From contig OY776510.1 of NCBI GenBank assembly GCA_963675665.1, positions 320,001 to 384,000 of the forward strand: a stretch of DNA of 64,000 nt, given 5' to 3'. The stretch's first letter is position 1, and each line of letters starts with the position of its first letter. A program made the translations under genes and the position numbers. The notes beneath the pieces are model-generated. The model searched no databases. It had not been told where the DNA came from and saw nothing but the letters and a program-made list of their open reading frames with translations. The stretch is from Spirochaetia bacterium. GTDB taxonomy: Bacteria; Spirochaetota; Spirochaetia; UBA9216. Positions 46,491-55,154 of the stretch are shown here, piece by piece.

Positions 46491-46512
46491 AATGCTTTTT
46501 ATTCTCCTCTTT

Positions 46513-47220
46513 TCAGTTGCTTTGCATTGACCTCCTGATATCCTCTACGGCATTATTCAGATGCTCCAGCATCGCCGCTTCCGCTTTTTCAGGATTGCCG
46601 GCCTTTATGGCCTTTACAATGGCTTTATGCTCACCAACGGTTTTCTCTATTCTTCCCGGAACATGCAGACTTGAAATCCACCCTTCCGGAAGCGATTTGG
46701 TCATCGCTTTCATTATGAAATAAAGGGTCCTGTTTTTGGTTGATTTCGCGAGCAGTTCATGGAACCTCTCATCACACTTTATAAGGCTCCCGGTGCTTCC
46801 CCCCGGCATTTCCGCCTCAAAATCGCTACAGGCTTTCTCCAGCTTTTCGATATCATGATCATCAGCTTTCATAGCGGAGTGCGCAGCAGCTTTCGGATCG
46901 ATAATCAGCCTTACTTCAAAATGATCAAAAATAGATTCTTCATTTGATCTAAGCCATTCCTGAAAAGCCGCCAGCTCATGCTGGATCGAATCAGCTATAA
47001 AGATTCCCTTTCCGTGCTTAACGGAAACATACCCGGTTGCTTCAAGAATCCTGACAGCTTCCCTTATTGAAGACCTGCTGACTTCAAGTTTTTTTGTCAG
47101 TTCATTCTCTGAGTAAAATTTATCGCCCGGGGAAAAGCCGTCTTCGCTAATCATCTGCTTGATTGCTTCGATAACCCGATCCGACAGTCTGATTTTTTTT
47201 ATCGGTTCCATTTTTACCAC
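46513..47220 (-). CDS. FadR/GntR-family regulator
   Basis: 235 aa. Motifs SENELTKKLEVSRSSIREA and DERFHELLA. Confidence 0.92.
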   Translation of the reverse strand: MVKMEPIKKIRLSDRVIEAIKQMISEDGFSPGDKFYSENELTKKLEVSRSSIREAVRILEATGYVSVKHGKGIFIADSIQHELAAFQEWLRSNEESIFDHFEVRLIIDPKAAAHSAMKADDHDIEKLEKACSDFEAEMPGGSTGSLIKCDERFHELLAKSTKNRTLYFIMKAMTKSLPEGWISSLHVPGRIEKTVGEHKAIVKAIKAGNPEKAEAAMLEHLNNAVEDIRRSMQSN

Positions 47221-47235
47221 CTTATAGATATCTTA

Positions 47236-47374
47236 TCATCAGATATCTACTCATCAGACAAGTTGATTCTACACCTGCCTGAATAATATGTCAAGATTTA
47301 TTGAATACATTTTAAGTCCTTTTTTGGAGATACTAACTGTTAGCAGCATGTATGCTCATCAGACATGCTGCTAA
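47236..47374. promoter_or_regulatory. Three TCATCAGA(C/T)A copies and a 12-bp-arm inverted repeat upstream of the fadR-TRAP operon
   Basis: Copies at 47236, 47251 and 47356. TTAGCAGCATGT-N11-ACATGCTGCTAA at 47340-47374. Confidence 0.5.
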
Positions 47375-47518
47375 TGATAATGAAATTAAATCCGTGAGTC
47401 AATTCAACTTTTTATTCAGTGATTAGTTATCAAATCCGCATGTAAATAAAAAATAAACCCCGAATCAACTCTTTCGAATTCACCCGGGGCTGTCGGTATG
47501 CAGGAAAACCGAATCTGC

Positions 47519-48298
47519 CTAATACCCGCTCTCAATCGTCTGGCCGCTGATTATTTTTATTCCGCCGCTGGTGCCCAGCCTTGTAGCTCCGGCTTTGATC
47601 ATTGCAACAGCATCATCAAATGTCCGGACCCCTCCGGCAGCCTTTACTTCGGCATGTGCACCTACAGTCTTTTTCATCAGCGCAACATGTTCGGGTTTTG
47701 CACCGGCAGTTGAGAACCCGGTTGAGGTTTTTACAAAGTGCGCCCCCGTTTCCTTGCAGATCTGACAGGCAAGAATAATTTCCTCTTCCGTAAGAAGGGC
47801 GGTTTCTATTATGACTTTCAGTTTCGCCCTCTGGCCGCATGCCCGAAGGACCCAAAGCACATCGTCTTTAACAAGTTTCAGGTCCCGTGATTTAAGGGCG
47901 CCGATATTCATTACCATATCGATTTCGTTTGCCCCGTCCTCAATAGCATGACGTGCTTCAAAATGTTTGCTTCGACTGTTCATGGCGCCGAGAGGAAAGC
48001 CTACAACGGAACAAACCTTTACATCCGTTCCCCGAAGGTTCCCGGCACAGCGTTCAACCCAGGTTGTATTCACGCATACTGAATAAAACCCGTACTCTTT
48101 AGCCTCGCTGCAGAGCTTGTCTATATCCTCAGCTGTCGCCTCAGGCTTCAGCAATGTATGATCTATATATTTGGCCAGTTCCGAAGGCCTAATGCTCAAG
48201 CTATCTCCGGTGTTTTTCCCGGTAGAAAAAGCCGGTTCAGCTTTCAGCCTGCTGACAACCTCTTTGGTTATGCTCTCAATCAGTTCATTTTCATCCAT
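47519..48298 (-). CDS. deoC: Deoxyribose-phosphate aldolase with N-terminal encapsulation-peptide-like extension
   Basis: Motifs IDHTLLKP, VVGFPLG, EIDMV, LKVIIET, FVKTSTGF, VKAAGG, GATRLGTS. Extension ENELIESITKEVVSRL. Confidence 0.95.
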   Translation of the reverse strand: MDENELIESITKEVVSRLKAEPAFSTGKNTGDSLSIRPSELAKYIDHTLLKPEATAEDIDKLCSEAKEYGFYSVCVNTTWVERCAGNLRGTDVKVCSVVGFPLGAMNSRSKHFEARHAIEDGANEIDMVMNIGALKSRDLKLVKDDVLWVLRACGQRAKLKVIIETALLTEEEIILACQICKETGAHFVKTSTGFSTAGAKPEHVALMKKTVGAHAEVKAAGGVRTFDDAVAMIKAGATRLGTSGGIKIISGQTIESGY

Positions 48299-48303
48299 AA
48301 TTT

Positions 48304-48804
48304 TTATCCGTTTCCCCTTTCCACAGCCATCATTTTATTAATCCTCGGCCAGTGCCTGCCGCCTTCGAAGCGTGTCTCAAGCCATATTTTTACCATTTCG
48401 CACAGCTCCCGGGGCTGGTGCAGCGGTCCTCCGAGTGTTAATACATTTGCGTTATTGTGTAATCGGCTGTTTTTCACCGTTACTATATCATAACACAGAG
48501 CGGCGCGTATACCTCTTACCTTGTTGCAGACCATCGACGATCCTATTCCGGCGCCGTCTATCATTATTCCGCGCGAATCATCTTCAGCGGCCACCTTTCT
48601 GGCAACCTTCACCGCATAATCAGGGTAATCCACGCTTTCTTTTGAAAAAGTGCCTACGTCCTCCACCCTGTAACCGAGCGTTTCAATATATCTTTTCAGG
48701 ATTTCCTTGGATTCGAAACCTCCGTGGTCCGAGCCGATATATATCTTTGTAATCTTATCGGTACTGTTCTTTTCACTGAAATCAACACTGTTATACATAA
48801 TCAC
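48304..48804 (-). CDS. rpiB: Ribose-5-phosphate isomerase B family protein
   Basis: Motifs IGSDHGG, VDYPDYA, DGAGIGS, NKVRGIRAA, HNNANVL, FEGGRH. Confidence 0.92.
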   Translation of the reverse strand: MIMYNSVDFSEKNSTDKITKIYIGSDHGGFESKEILKRYIETLGYRVEDVGTFSKESVDYPDYAVKVARKVAAEDDSRGIMIDGAGIGSSMVCNKVRGIRAALCYDIVTVKNSRLHNNANVLTLGGPLHQPRELCEMVKIWLETRFEGGRHWPRINKMMAVERGNG

Positions 48805-49073
48805 CCCGCTGTTGTAATTTCATCAATTATTCCGACAATTACCGTCCGTATCGGTAGCCCCGACGAGTTTAAAACCAGGTTTGCCGAACCGCCCTCGTCA
48901 ATAACAAGCACCCTGTCTCCCGTGCCGGCCTGCACCGTATCCACTGCGATAAAAGACGCTCCGGCCCTGCCGCCGTCCGGGGCTTCCGGCGTTACGATCA
49001 ATAATTTCAGATTCTTCAGAGCTCCAATTTTCGCATCGGCGACAACAGTTCCGGTAACCCTGCCTGCAATCAT
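48801..49073 (-). CDS. BMC-P vertex protein (EutN/CcmL family) 4
   Basis: 90 aa. Motifs GRVTGTVV, AVDTVQAGTGD.V, IVGIID. Confidence 0.92.
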   Translation of the reverse strand: MIAGRVTGTVVADAKIGALKNLKLLIVTPEAPDGGRAGASFIAVDTVQAGTGDRVLVIDEGGSANLVLNSSGLPIRTVIVGIIDEITTAG

Positions 49074-49342
49074 ACTTCCGCCTTTTCCAGCTGATCAATA
49101 ATACCGATTACCGCGGCATCAGCCGGATTAAACTGATTTCTCATCGACATCGCGGCCTCTCTGCCGCCCTCGTAAATCACCAAATCGCCGGGACCCGCCT
49201 GGACCGTATCGCAGGCAACTATCGGAGGGCCCTTTTCTTTCATTTCATCATCAAGCGGCTGGATAAGAAGCAGGATTTCTCCTTCAAAAGATTCCACCTT
49301 GACGGAACATACAACCGAACCCGTTACTCTTGCTATCTTCAT
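49070..49342 (-). CDS. BMC-P vertex protein (EutN/CcmL family) 3
   Basis: 90 aa. Motifs ARVTGSVV..K, ACDTVQAGPGD, DAAVIGIID. Confidence 0.92.
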   Translation of the reverse strand: MKIARVTGSVVCSVKVESFEGEILLLIQPLDDEMKEKGPPIVACDTVQAGPGDLVIYEGGREAAMSMRNQFNPADAAVIGIIDQLEKAEV

Positions 49343-49354
49343 ATCTCAACCGCC

Positions 49355-50773
49355 TCAGACTATCCTGAAATTATCAACCAGAACGCACCGCCGTTCCCTG
49401 GTAAATGTCCTTGCCCTGGTGAACCCTTCCCCGGTAGGGCTGGCTATCGTAAAAGACGTGAACCCTGAACCGCCGTAACCCATACCGTTGAAATTCGAAC
49501 CGTTTTTAACAAACAGCGAACAGTTCATAATTCTGGCCATTTTTGAGAGCTTGTCGATGTTGGTTGAATGTATCGACGCGCTGTGCCTGAAACCGTGTTC
49601 AACTTCAAAAGCAAAATCAATCGCTTCGTCTACATTGTTCATTCTTACAAGCGGGATTACGGGCATCAGCTGCTCGGTCCATACCAGGGGATGAGAACCG
49701 TCGACTTCGCACAGCAGGATTCGCGTTTCCTCCGGAATATCAAGCCCTATCATTCCGGCAATTACCGATGCGTTTTTACCAACATATTTTTTGTTTATCG
49801 CACCTTCATCGCCTTTTCTTCCGGGCCGTTCGATAACCATATCCGTAACCGCCTTAATCTGTTCCGAACCCAGTTCAAAAGCTCCCTGTCTGCACATTTC
49901 CGTTTTCAGAAGGTCGGCCACCTGCCTGACGACAAAGATTTCCTTTTCGCAGATACAAACGATATTGTTGTCAAAACCTGTGCCGGCAACTATGTCCCTT
50001 GCGGCTTTAGGAATATCAGCTGTTTCATCAACAACTACCGGCGGATTTCCGGGACCGGCGGCTATTACTTTTTTTGAGGACTGCCGCGCAAGGTTAACCA
50101 CTGCCGGACCGCCCGTAACCGTAAGCAAGTCTACCAGCGGGTGCTTCATAAGCATCTGACCGGACTCTATTGTAGGTGCATCAACAGTAGTTATTACGTT
50201 ATCAGGGCCCCCGGCTTCGGCAATTGCCCTGTTCAATATGCCTACCGTAAAAACCGATACCTTTTTAGCCGCCGGATGCGGGTTAAAAACCACCGTATTG
50301 CCGGCGGCAAGCATACTGATGGAATTATTGATTATGGTTTCGGTCGGATTAGTACTGGGCGCAATTGCCCCTATTACGCCGTACGGCGCATTTTCCACCA
50401 GCGTCAGCCCGTGATCATCGGTAAAACTCTGCGGCTCCAGGTCTTCCACGCCGGGAGTTAAATCGGCGGCAAGGGCGTTCTTTTTTAATTTATCTTCATA
50501 CCGCCCCATTCCTGTTTCTTCCACAGCCATGGCGGCCAGTTTTTCCACGTTGGCATGAACTGCTGCTCGCATTTCCTTTATCATCTTTCGCCGGACTTCC
50601 AGACTTGTCTTCCGGTAAACGCCGAATGCTTTCGAGGCCTCATAGACGGCCTTGTTGATATCAGGAAAGACTCCGGGCACACTGTAAGCCGCCGCTTCTT
50701 TCCTGCCGTCGGTATTTAATTCCTCAATTACATTTTTCACTATCTCACTGACAGCTTTTTCATCAATTTCCAT
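49355..50773 (-). CDS. CoA-acylating aldehyde dehydrogenase (EutE/PduP family) with N-terminal encapsulation peptide
   Basis: 472 aa. Motifs PYGVIGAIAPSTNP, TGGPAVV, AGPGNPP, FDNNIVCICEKE, EQLMP, PTGEG. N-terminus DEKAVSEIVKNVIEEL. Confidence 0.93.
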   Translation of the reverse strand: MEIDEKAVSEIVKNVIEELNTDGRKEAAAYSVPGVFPDINKAVYEASKAFGVYRKTSLEVRRKMIKEMRAAVHANVEKLAAMAVEETGMGRYEDKLKKNALAADLTPGVEDLEPQSFTDDHGLTLVENAPYGVIGAIAPSTNPTETIINNSISMLAAGNTVVFNPHPAAKKVSVFTVGILNRAIAEAGGPDNVITTVDAPTIESGQMLMKHPLVDLLTVTGGPAVVNLARQSSKKVIAAGPGNPPVVVDETADIPKAARDIVAGTGFDNNIVCICEKEIFVVRQVADLLKTEMCRQGAFELGSEQIKAVTDMVIERPGRKGDEGAINKKYVGKNASVIAGMIGLDIPEETRILLCEVDGSHPLVWTEQLMPVIPLVRMNNVDEAIDFAFEVEHGFRHSASIHSTNIDKLSKMARIMNCSLFVKNGSNFNGMGYGGSGFTSFTIASPTGEGFTRARTFTRERRCVLVDNFRIV

Positions 50774-51326
50774 TGAAAAACCCCTTAAGGTCCGGATGCG
50801 GGCCCGGTATTATCACTCTGCTGTAAAGCATGCCCTTGCTGAAAAGCGGTTCTGCCGCTGCGTCAACCGCAGGCTGTACATCGCTTACCGGCCCGTTTAT
50901 CATCAAAATTCCCCGGCCGCCTGTTTCGTTCCCTGCCTTGATGGATACTATGTCGATTTCAGCCTTCTTTGCGGCCCTGTCAGCGGCTTCTATGGCGCCG
51001 GCAACGGACACTGATTCGACTATACCCAGCGCGTCGGGGGCCCGGGGGGCGCGGAACGTCTGCAGGGCCGGCAGAATACTACCGTCCAGAGCAGTGAGCA
51101 GCAGATGATCAAGTATCATGCTGCTGTTTTCAACAGCCCCGATTCCGGCATCAAGCGCTATTTCCGTCGACGCGACATCGCCGGTAACAAGAATCAGGAA
51201 TTTACCCGGATTGACAATGTCCGCCTTCAATACTGAAACCGGAGCCGACTTTATCATTGCATCAAGGCACACATAACCGTCTGCGATGCTGAGCAGTTCA
51301 AGAACACCAAGAATTTCAGCATTCAT
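50763..51326 (-). CDS. BMC-T shell protein (PduT-like tandem domain)
   Basis: 187 aa with two BMC domains: LGVLELLSIADG..LDAMIK..PGKF..GDV and ALGIVES..AADRAAK..IPGPH. Confidence 0.88.
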   Translation of the reverse strand: MNAEILGVLELLSIADGYVCLDAMIKSAPVSVLKADIVNPGKFLILVTGDVASTEIALDAGIGAVENSSMILDHLLLTALDGSILPALQTFRAPRAPDALGIVESVSVAGAIEAADRAAKKAEIDIVSIKAGNETGGRGILMINGPVSDVQPAVDAAAEPLFSKGMLYSRVIIPGPHPDLKGFFNGN

Positions 51327-51610
51327 TTTCTGTATACTTCCCTTCCGTTTTCAACTACAGAATCGACAATTCCTACTATGAGCGCATCAACGGGTTTGTC
51401 GATCGTAGAGGGCGTCTGCCTTGTTGACGAGCCCTGTGAAACCATAACAATCTCGTCTTTACCGGCGCCGATTATATCCAGCGCTATCATGTCGCCGCCT
51501 GCCGTTTTGCCTTCGGGCGTCAGCGGGGACACAACCAGATACGCCGGCGAATCAAGTCCGTCCGCTCTGACTGCCGCAACAACCGTGCCGCTTACTTTTG
51601 CCAGCAGCAT
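51323..51610 (-). CDS. BMC-P vertex protein (EutN/CcmL family) 2
   Basis: 95 aa. Motifs AKVSGTVV, ALDIIGAG, GSSTR, PVDALIVGIVD. Confidence 0.92.
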   Translation of the reverse strand: MLLAKVSGTVVAAVRADGLDSPAYLVVSPLTPEGKTAGGDMIALDIIGAGKDEIVMVSQGSSTRQTPSTIDKPVDALIVGIVDSVVENGREVYRK

Positions 51611-51912
51611 TATTTTAAGCCCGCCTTTGAATAAACGATCTTTCCGTCGATTTCCAGATTATCAACTATGGCTGTTATTGTCGCGTCGCTCGGTTTTCCA
51701 CTTGTAACATCAGTCTGCCGGCTGCTGCTTCCGGTCACATAGAATACTATCTCGCCCATCCCTGCGCCTACGGCATCCATTGCGACAATAAAATCGTTTT
51801 TACCTTTCATTGTCTTCGGATCCAGTTTTTCAACCAGAAGGAATTTAATTCCGTCAAGCCTCGGCTCTTTCATAGTCGAGACTACCGTGCCGACCACTTT
51901 TGAAAGTACCAT
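51610..51912 (-). CDS. BMC-P vertex protein (EutN/CcmL family) 1
   Basis: 100 aa. Motifs KVVGTVVSTMK, AMDAVGAGMGE, GSSSR, PSDATITAIVD. Confidence 0.92.
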   Translation of the reverse strand: MVLSKVVGTVVSTMKEPRLDGIKFLLVEKLDPKTMKGKNDFIVAMDAVGAGMGEIVFYVTGSSSRQTDVTSGKPSDATITAIVDNLEIDGKIVYSKAGLK

Positions 51913-51915
51913 CGG

Positions 51916-52215
51916 TTACTTCTTGCCTTCGGCTCTTCCAAGCGGATAGACAGCGTCAACGCTTTCATGGGGCCTGGGTATAATACTCACTGAAATAATT
52001 TCGCCCACACGCTCTGCTGCGCGGTTGCCCGCATCAAGAGCAGCCCTGACTGCCGCCACATCTCCCCTTATCACGGACGTTGTATACCCGCCGCCGATTT
52101 TAACCTGGCCGATGAGTTCAACATTGGCCGCTTTTACCATTGCATCCGAGGCTTCAACCATTGCGGCGAATCCTCGTGTCTCTATCATTCCCAAAGCATT
52201 TTCAGTTATTGCCAT
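51916..52215 (-). CDS. BMC-H hexameric shell protein (EutM/PduA-like)
   Basis: 99 aa. Motifs ALGMIETRG, DAMVKAANV, KIGGGY, RGDVAAV, IPRPH. Confidence 0.96.
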   Translation of the reverse strand: MAITENALGMIETRGFAAMVEASDAMVKAANVELIGQVKIGGGYTTSVIRGDVAAVRAALDAGNRAAERVGEIISVSIIPRPHESVDAVYPLGRAEGKK

Positions 52216-52842
52216 TTATTCCTCCCTTCCGTTTATATCAGCAAGCCTTGCTTCGACCACATCCTTGCTTACAAGCACTTCGGCCTCTTCACCCGCGATA
52301 TAAACTCTTCCGTATTTACCATACCCAGTTACATTTATAATCTTGATAGTGGACGCTTTCTCTGCTTCATTAGCCGCATAAAAAGCATATCCGGCCGGTT
52401 CGATCTCAAGAACAAACAGGGTATCTCCCCTCAGCACCATATTCCCATACCGGACTTTATTTACAAGCTGTGCATGGTGATCACTGACGTTTTTGATAAG
52501 CTGGCTTGTAAGAACGCGGGGTTTCATCCTGCTGGCCTCTTCCAGTTTCAGCTCTTCAAGGACGGCACTCCCGGCCTGCCTTACATCGGCCTGACTGTCT
52601 GAATGGACCTCCAGCAGGCCGAAGGAGCGCTCAACTATCTGTATACCCGGGACCACATTCGTGGCCTTCAGGGCAATATCGGTAAGCCTGTTTATTTCTA
52701 TTCCCGGTGAGATCTCAATAAACGCGCAGGCCTGGCCTCCCACAGGGAAATACCCCCGTGAAATAGTGCACATATACGACGCCATCTGAAGCTGCAGCGA
52801 ATCAATAAAATTATAAGTTCGAAGATCTACGTTGTTCATCAT
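52216..52842 (-). CDS. BMC-T(dp) permuted double-stacking trimer (CcmP/CsoS1D-like)
   Basis: 208 aa. Motifs LRTY.FIDSLQ.Q, EISPG, DIALKA, VERSFGLLEVH, AANEAEKA, GKYGRVYIAG. Confidence 0.88.
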   Translation of the reverse strand: MMNNVDLRTYNFIDSLQLQMASYMCTISRGYFPVGGQACAFIEISPGIEINRLTDIALKATNVVPGIQIVERSFGLLEVHSDSQADVRQAGSAVLEELKLEEASRMKPRVLTSQLIKNVSDHHAQLVNKVRYGNMVLRGDTLFVLEIEPAGYAFYAANEAEKASTIKIINVTGYGKYGRVYIAGEEAEVLVSKDVVEARLADINGREE

Positions 52843-52848
52843 TCACAC

Positions 52849-53136
52849 TCAGCCGTTCAGCGGCAGTTTCGCGTCTACAGAAGAATCCGGCCGGGGTATC
52901 AGGTGTACTGAAATAACCTCCCCAATTTTTTCGCCGGCCCTGCTTCCTGCATCAAGAGCAGCCTTTACAGCGGCAACGTCTCCCCGGATTACGGCGGTAA
53001 CGTATCCCCCGCCGGTTTTTTCCCAGCCTTTCAAATCGACTTTCGCAGCTTTTACCATCGCATCCGAAGCTTCAACAAGAGCGGCGAACCCCTTTGTTTC
53101 TATCATACCTAATGCTTCCGTCTGTATGTCAGCCAT
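52849..53136 (-). CDS. BMC-H hexameric shell protein (EutM/PduA-like)
   Basis: 95 aa. Motifs ALGMIETKG, DAMVKAA, KTGGGY, RGDVAAV, IPRP. Confidence 0.96.
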   Translation of the reverse strand: MADIQTEALGMIETKGFAALVEASDAMVKAAKVDLKGWEKTGGGYVTAVIRGDVAAVKAALDAGSRAGEKIGEVISVHLIPRPDSSVDAKLPLNG

Positions 53137-53147
53137 ACAACCTCCTG

Positions 53148-53927
53148 TTAAACAGTAAATAATTCTATGCCATAATCCCTGATAATACGTTCATATTCTT
53201 CAGGAATACCGGTATCCGTTATAATTGCACTGAAATCTTCAAGTGAAGCAAAATAATTGGTCTGGACCTTTCCGAATTTACTCGAATCAATCAGCAGAAT
53301 CCTTTTCTGGCTGGATTCCATTATCGCTTCCTTTACAGCCCTCTCGTGGTGAATCTTTGTCGTCACTCCCAGCTCTGCGGTTGCTCCGCTGGCCGAGACA
53401 AAGGCTGTAACCGCCCGTGTCCGCCTGATAAGAGACAAACCCTCGGGACTTTCAAACATCTGGGAACGTTCATGAAACAACCCCCCGGCAAACAGCACCT
53501 GGCAGTTTTTCTTTCTGGTCATTTCATTCAGCACATTAAGCGAGTAGCAGAGTACTGTCAGGGGAAAATCAGCCGGAATCAGCCTGGAAACCAGTTCCAT
53601 CGTCGAACCGGAATCGAGAGTGATAACATCGTCGGGGTCGATAAGGGAAACAGCTTTTTCGGCTATCCTCTTTTTTTCGGCCATCCTGATCGTTCCCGCG
53701 ACAGGCAGAGTATAATCCGCTTCCGGGTTTCTGCCTGTCGTTCCGGAATTGTAAAATACCCCTCCGTGCCTTGAAAGAACAAGATTCTGATCTTCAAGGA
53801 TTCTCAGATCACGGCGTATCGTCATCTCTGATACCTGCAGCTTCCCGGAAAGATACTTTACATCCGCTGATTTGTTTTCTTCGAGATATTCAACTATCGA
53901 ATTCAGCCGCCTGATTTTCTTGTTCAT
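53148..53927 (-). CDS. DeoR/GlpR-family regulator heading the BMC operon
   Basis: 259 aa. Motifs VSEMTIRRDL, EKKRIA, LDSGST, DSSKFG, IITD. Confidence 0.93.
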   Translation of the reverse strand: MNKKIRRLNSIVEYLEENKSADVKYLSGKLQVSEMTIRRDLRILEDQNLVLSRHGGVFYNSGTTGRNPEADYTLPVAGTIRMAEKKRIAEKAVSLIDPDDVITLDSGSTMELVSRLIPADFPLTVLCYSLNVLNEMTRKKNCQVLFAGGLFHERSQMFESPEGLSLIRRTRAVTAFVSASGATAELGVTTKIHHERAVKEAIMESSQKRILLIDSSKFGKVQTNYFASLEDFSAIITDTGIPEEYERIIRDYGIELFTV

Positions 53928-53938
53928 TGCAATAAGTC

Positions 53939-54008
53939 AGTGTAGATCCGGAAGTGTTATTTGTCAAACATTTTATCATTTTTTGTTATTATTTTGTTAC
54001 TTTTAACA
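53939..54008 (-). promoter_or_regulatory. BMC operon promoter and DeoR-like operator candidates
   Basis: Minus strand TTGACA-17-TACACT ends 11 nt before the deoR ATG. TGTTA-cttt-TAACA (53995-54008) and further TGTTA copies (53955, 53984) resemble E. coli DeoR half-sites. Confidence 0.55.
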
Positions 54009-54032
54009 TTTTGAGTTTTGAACTGATCCAAT

Positions 54033-54056
54033 AAAAAAGGAGGCTGTCGCCCCCTT
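54033..54056 (-). terminator. Rho-independent terminator after galE
   Basis: Minus strand AAGGGGGC-gaca-GCCTCCTT followed by a T-run. Confidence 0.7.
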
Positions 54057-54144
54057 ATATCCAATAACGCAAATCCTGCTCAAATTACTAATCCAAGCAA
54101 GACTTCGAGAACTGATTTTTTTAACTGCAGTTTTTAGAAGTCTC

Positions 54145-55134
54145 CTATTTAAGAAGCTCGTCCAGTTTGTCCCTGTAAACTTCCCATGAAGTTGCGATAA
54201 GTGTCTCACAGTCGCTGTATTCGGCAACCCAGCCGAGCTTCTCTTTGGCCATTGCAGACGATGCAACAAGTTTTGCAGGGTCCCCGGGTCGTCTGCCTAC
54301 AATTTCGGAAGGAATCTCGCGTCCTGAAATTCTGCGTGCTTCTTCCAGCAGTTCCAGCACCGACAGCCCGTTTTCAGAACCAAGGTTAACGGTAAGGCTC
54401 TCGTCTTTCTCATTAATATATTTCAGGGCCCTGACATGGGCATCGGCCAGGTCAGTCACATGAACGTAATCACGCACCCCGGTTCCGTCTTTTGTGTCGT
54501 AGTCGTTACCGAAAATCTGGAGCTTTTCACGTATCCCCGCGGCAGTCTCCATTATCACAGGAAGCAGATTAGCCGGGTTGCGTTCAAGGCCCCTGATTTC
54601 ACCGTCAACATCGTAGCCGGCTGCATTGAAGTATCTTAAAGCTGCATATTTCAAGCCCTTAAGTTTATCATACCAGGAAAGGAACCGTTCAATCTCAAGC
54701 TTGGTGAAACCGTAGTAGTTTTCCGGGTTTTTAGGGTGCTCTTCGTCTACCGGAAGCCTTTTCGGTTCACCGAAAATAGCTGCTGACGAGGAAAAAACAA
54801 GCTTTTTCACACCGGCATCACAAAGAGCGTTAAGAATATTAATGGTGCCTGAGATATTGTTAACCGAATACTTCTCCGGATGAATCATCGACTCGCCTGC
54901 GGCTTTGAAGGCGGCAAGATGCACTGCCGCATCAAACTTATCAGACTGGAATGCATCTGAAAGTTCCAGCTGATTCAGAATATCCCCCTCAATAAACCCG
55001 GCTTCACTGAAAAGATTTTCTTCACGGCCCGAGGAAAGGTTGTCGAATACGGTTATTTTATGTCCCGCGTTTAAAAAAGCCTTTACAACATGGCTGCCGA
55101 TATACCCGGCGCCGCCTATTACCATTACTTTCAT
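54145..55134 (-). CDS. galE: UDP-glucose 4-epimerase
   Basis: Motifs GGAGYIGSH, FSSSAA, YYGFTK, LRYFNAAG, RDYVHV.DLA, RRPGD. Confidence 0.95.
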   Translation of the reverse strand: MKVMVIGGAGYIGSHVVKAFLNAGHKITVFDNLSSGREENLFSEAGFIEGDILNQLELSDAFQSDKFDAAVHLAAFKAAGESMIHPEKYSVNNISGTINILNALCDAGVKKLVFSSSAAIFGEPKRLPVDEEHPKNPENYYGFTKLEIERFLSWYDKLKGLKYAALRYFNAAGYDVDGEIRGLERNPANLLPVIMETAAGIREKLQIFGNDYDTKDGTGVRDYVHVTDLADAHVRALKYINEKDESLTVNLGSENGLSVLELLEEARRISGREIPSEIVGRRPGDPAKLVASSAMAKEKLGWVAEYSDCETLIATSWEVYRDKLDELLK

Positions 55135-55154
55135 TTAATACTCCCGTCCCTGCA

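Noticed and set aside
47519-53927. Carboxysome, Eut, Pdu or glycyl-radical microcompartment
   Set aside because: There is no RuBisCO, ethanolamine ammonia-lyase, diol dehydratase or glycyl-radical enzyme; the signature enzymes are DeoC and RpiB.
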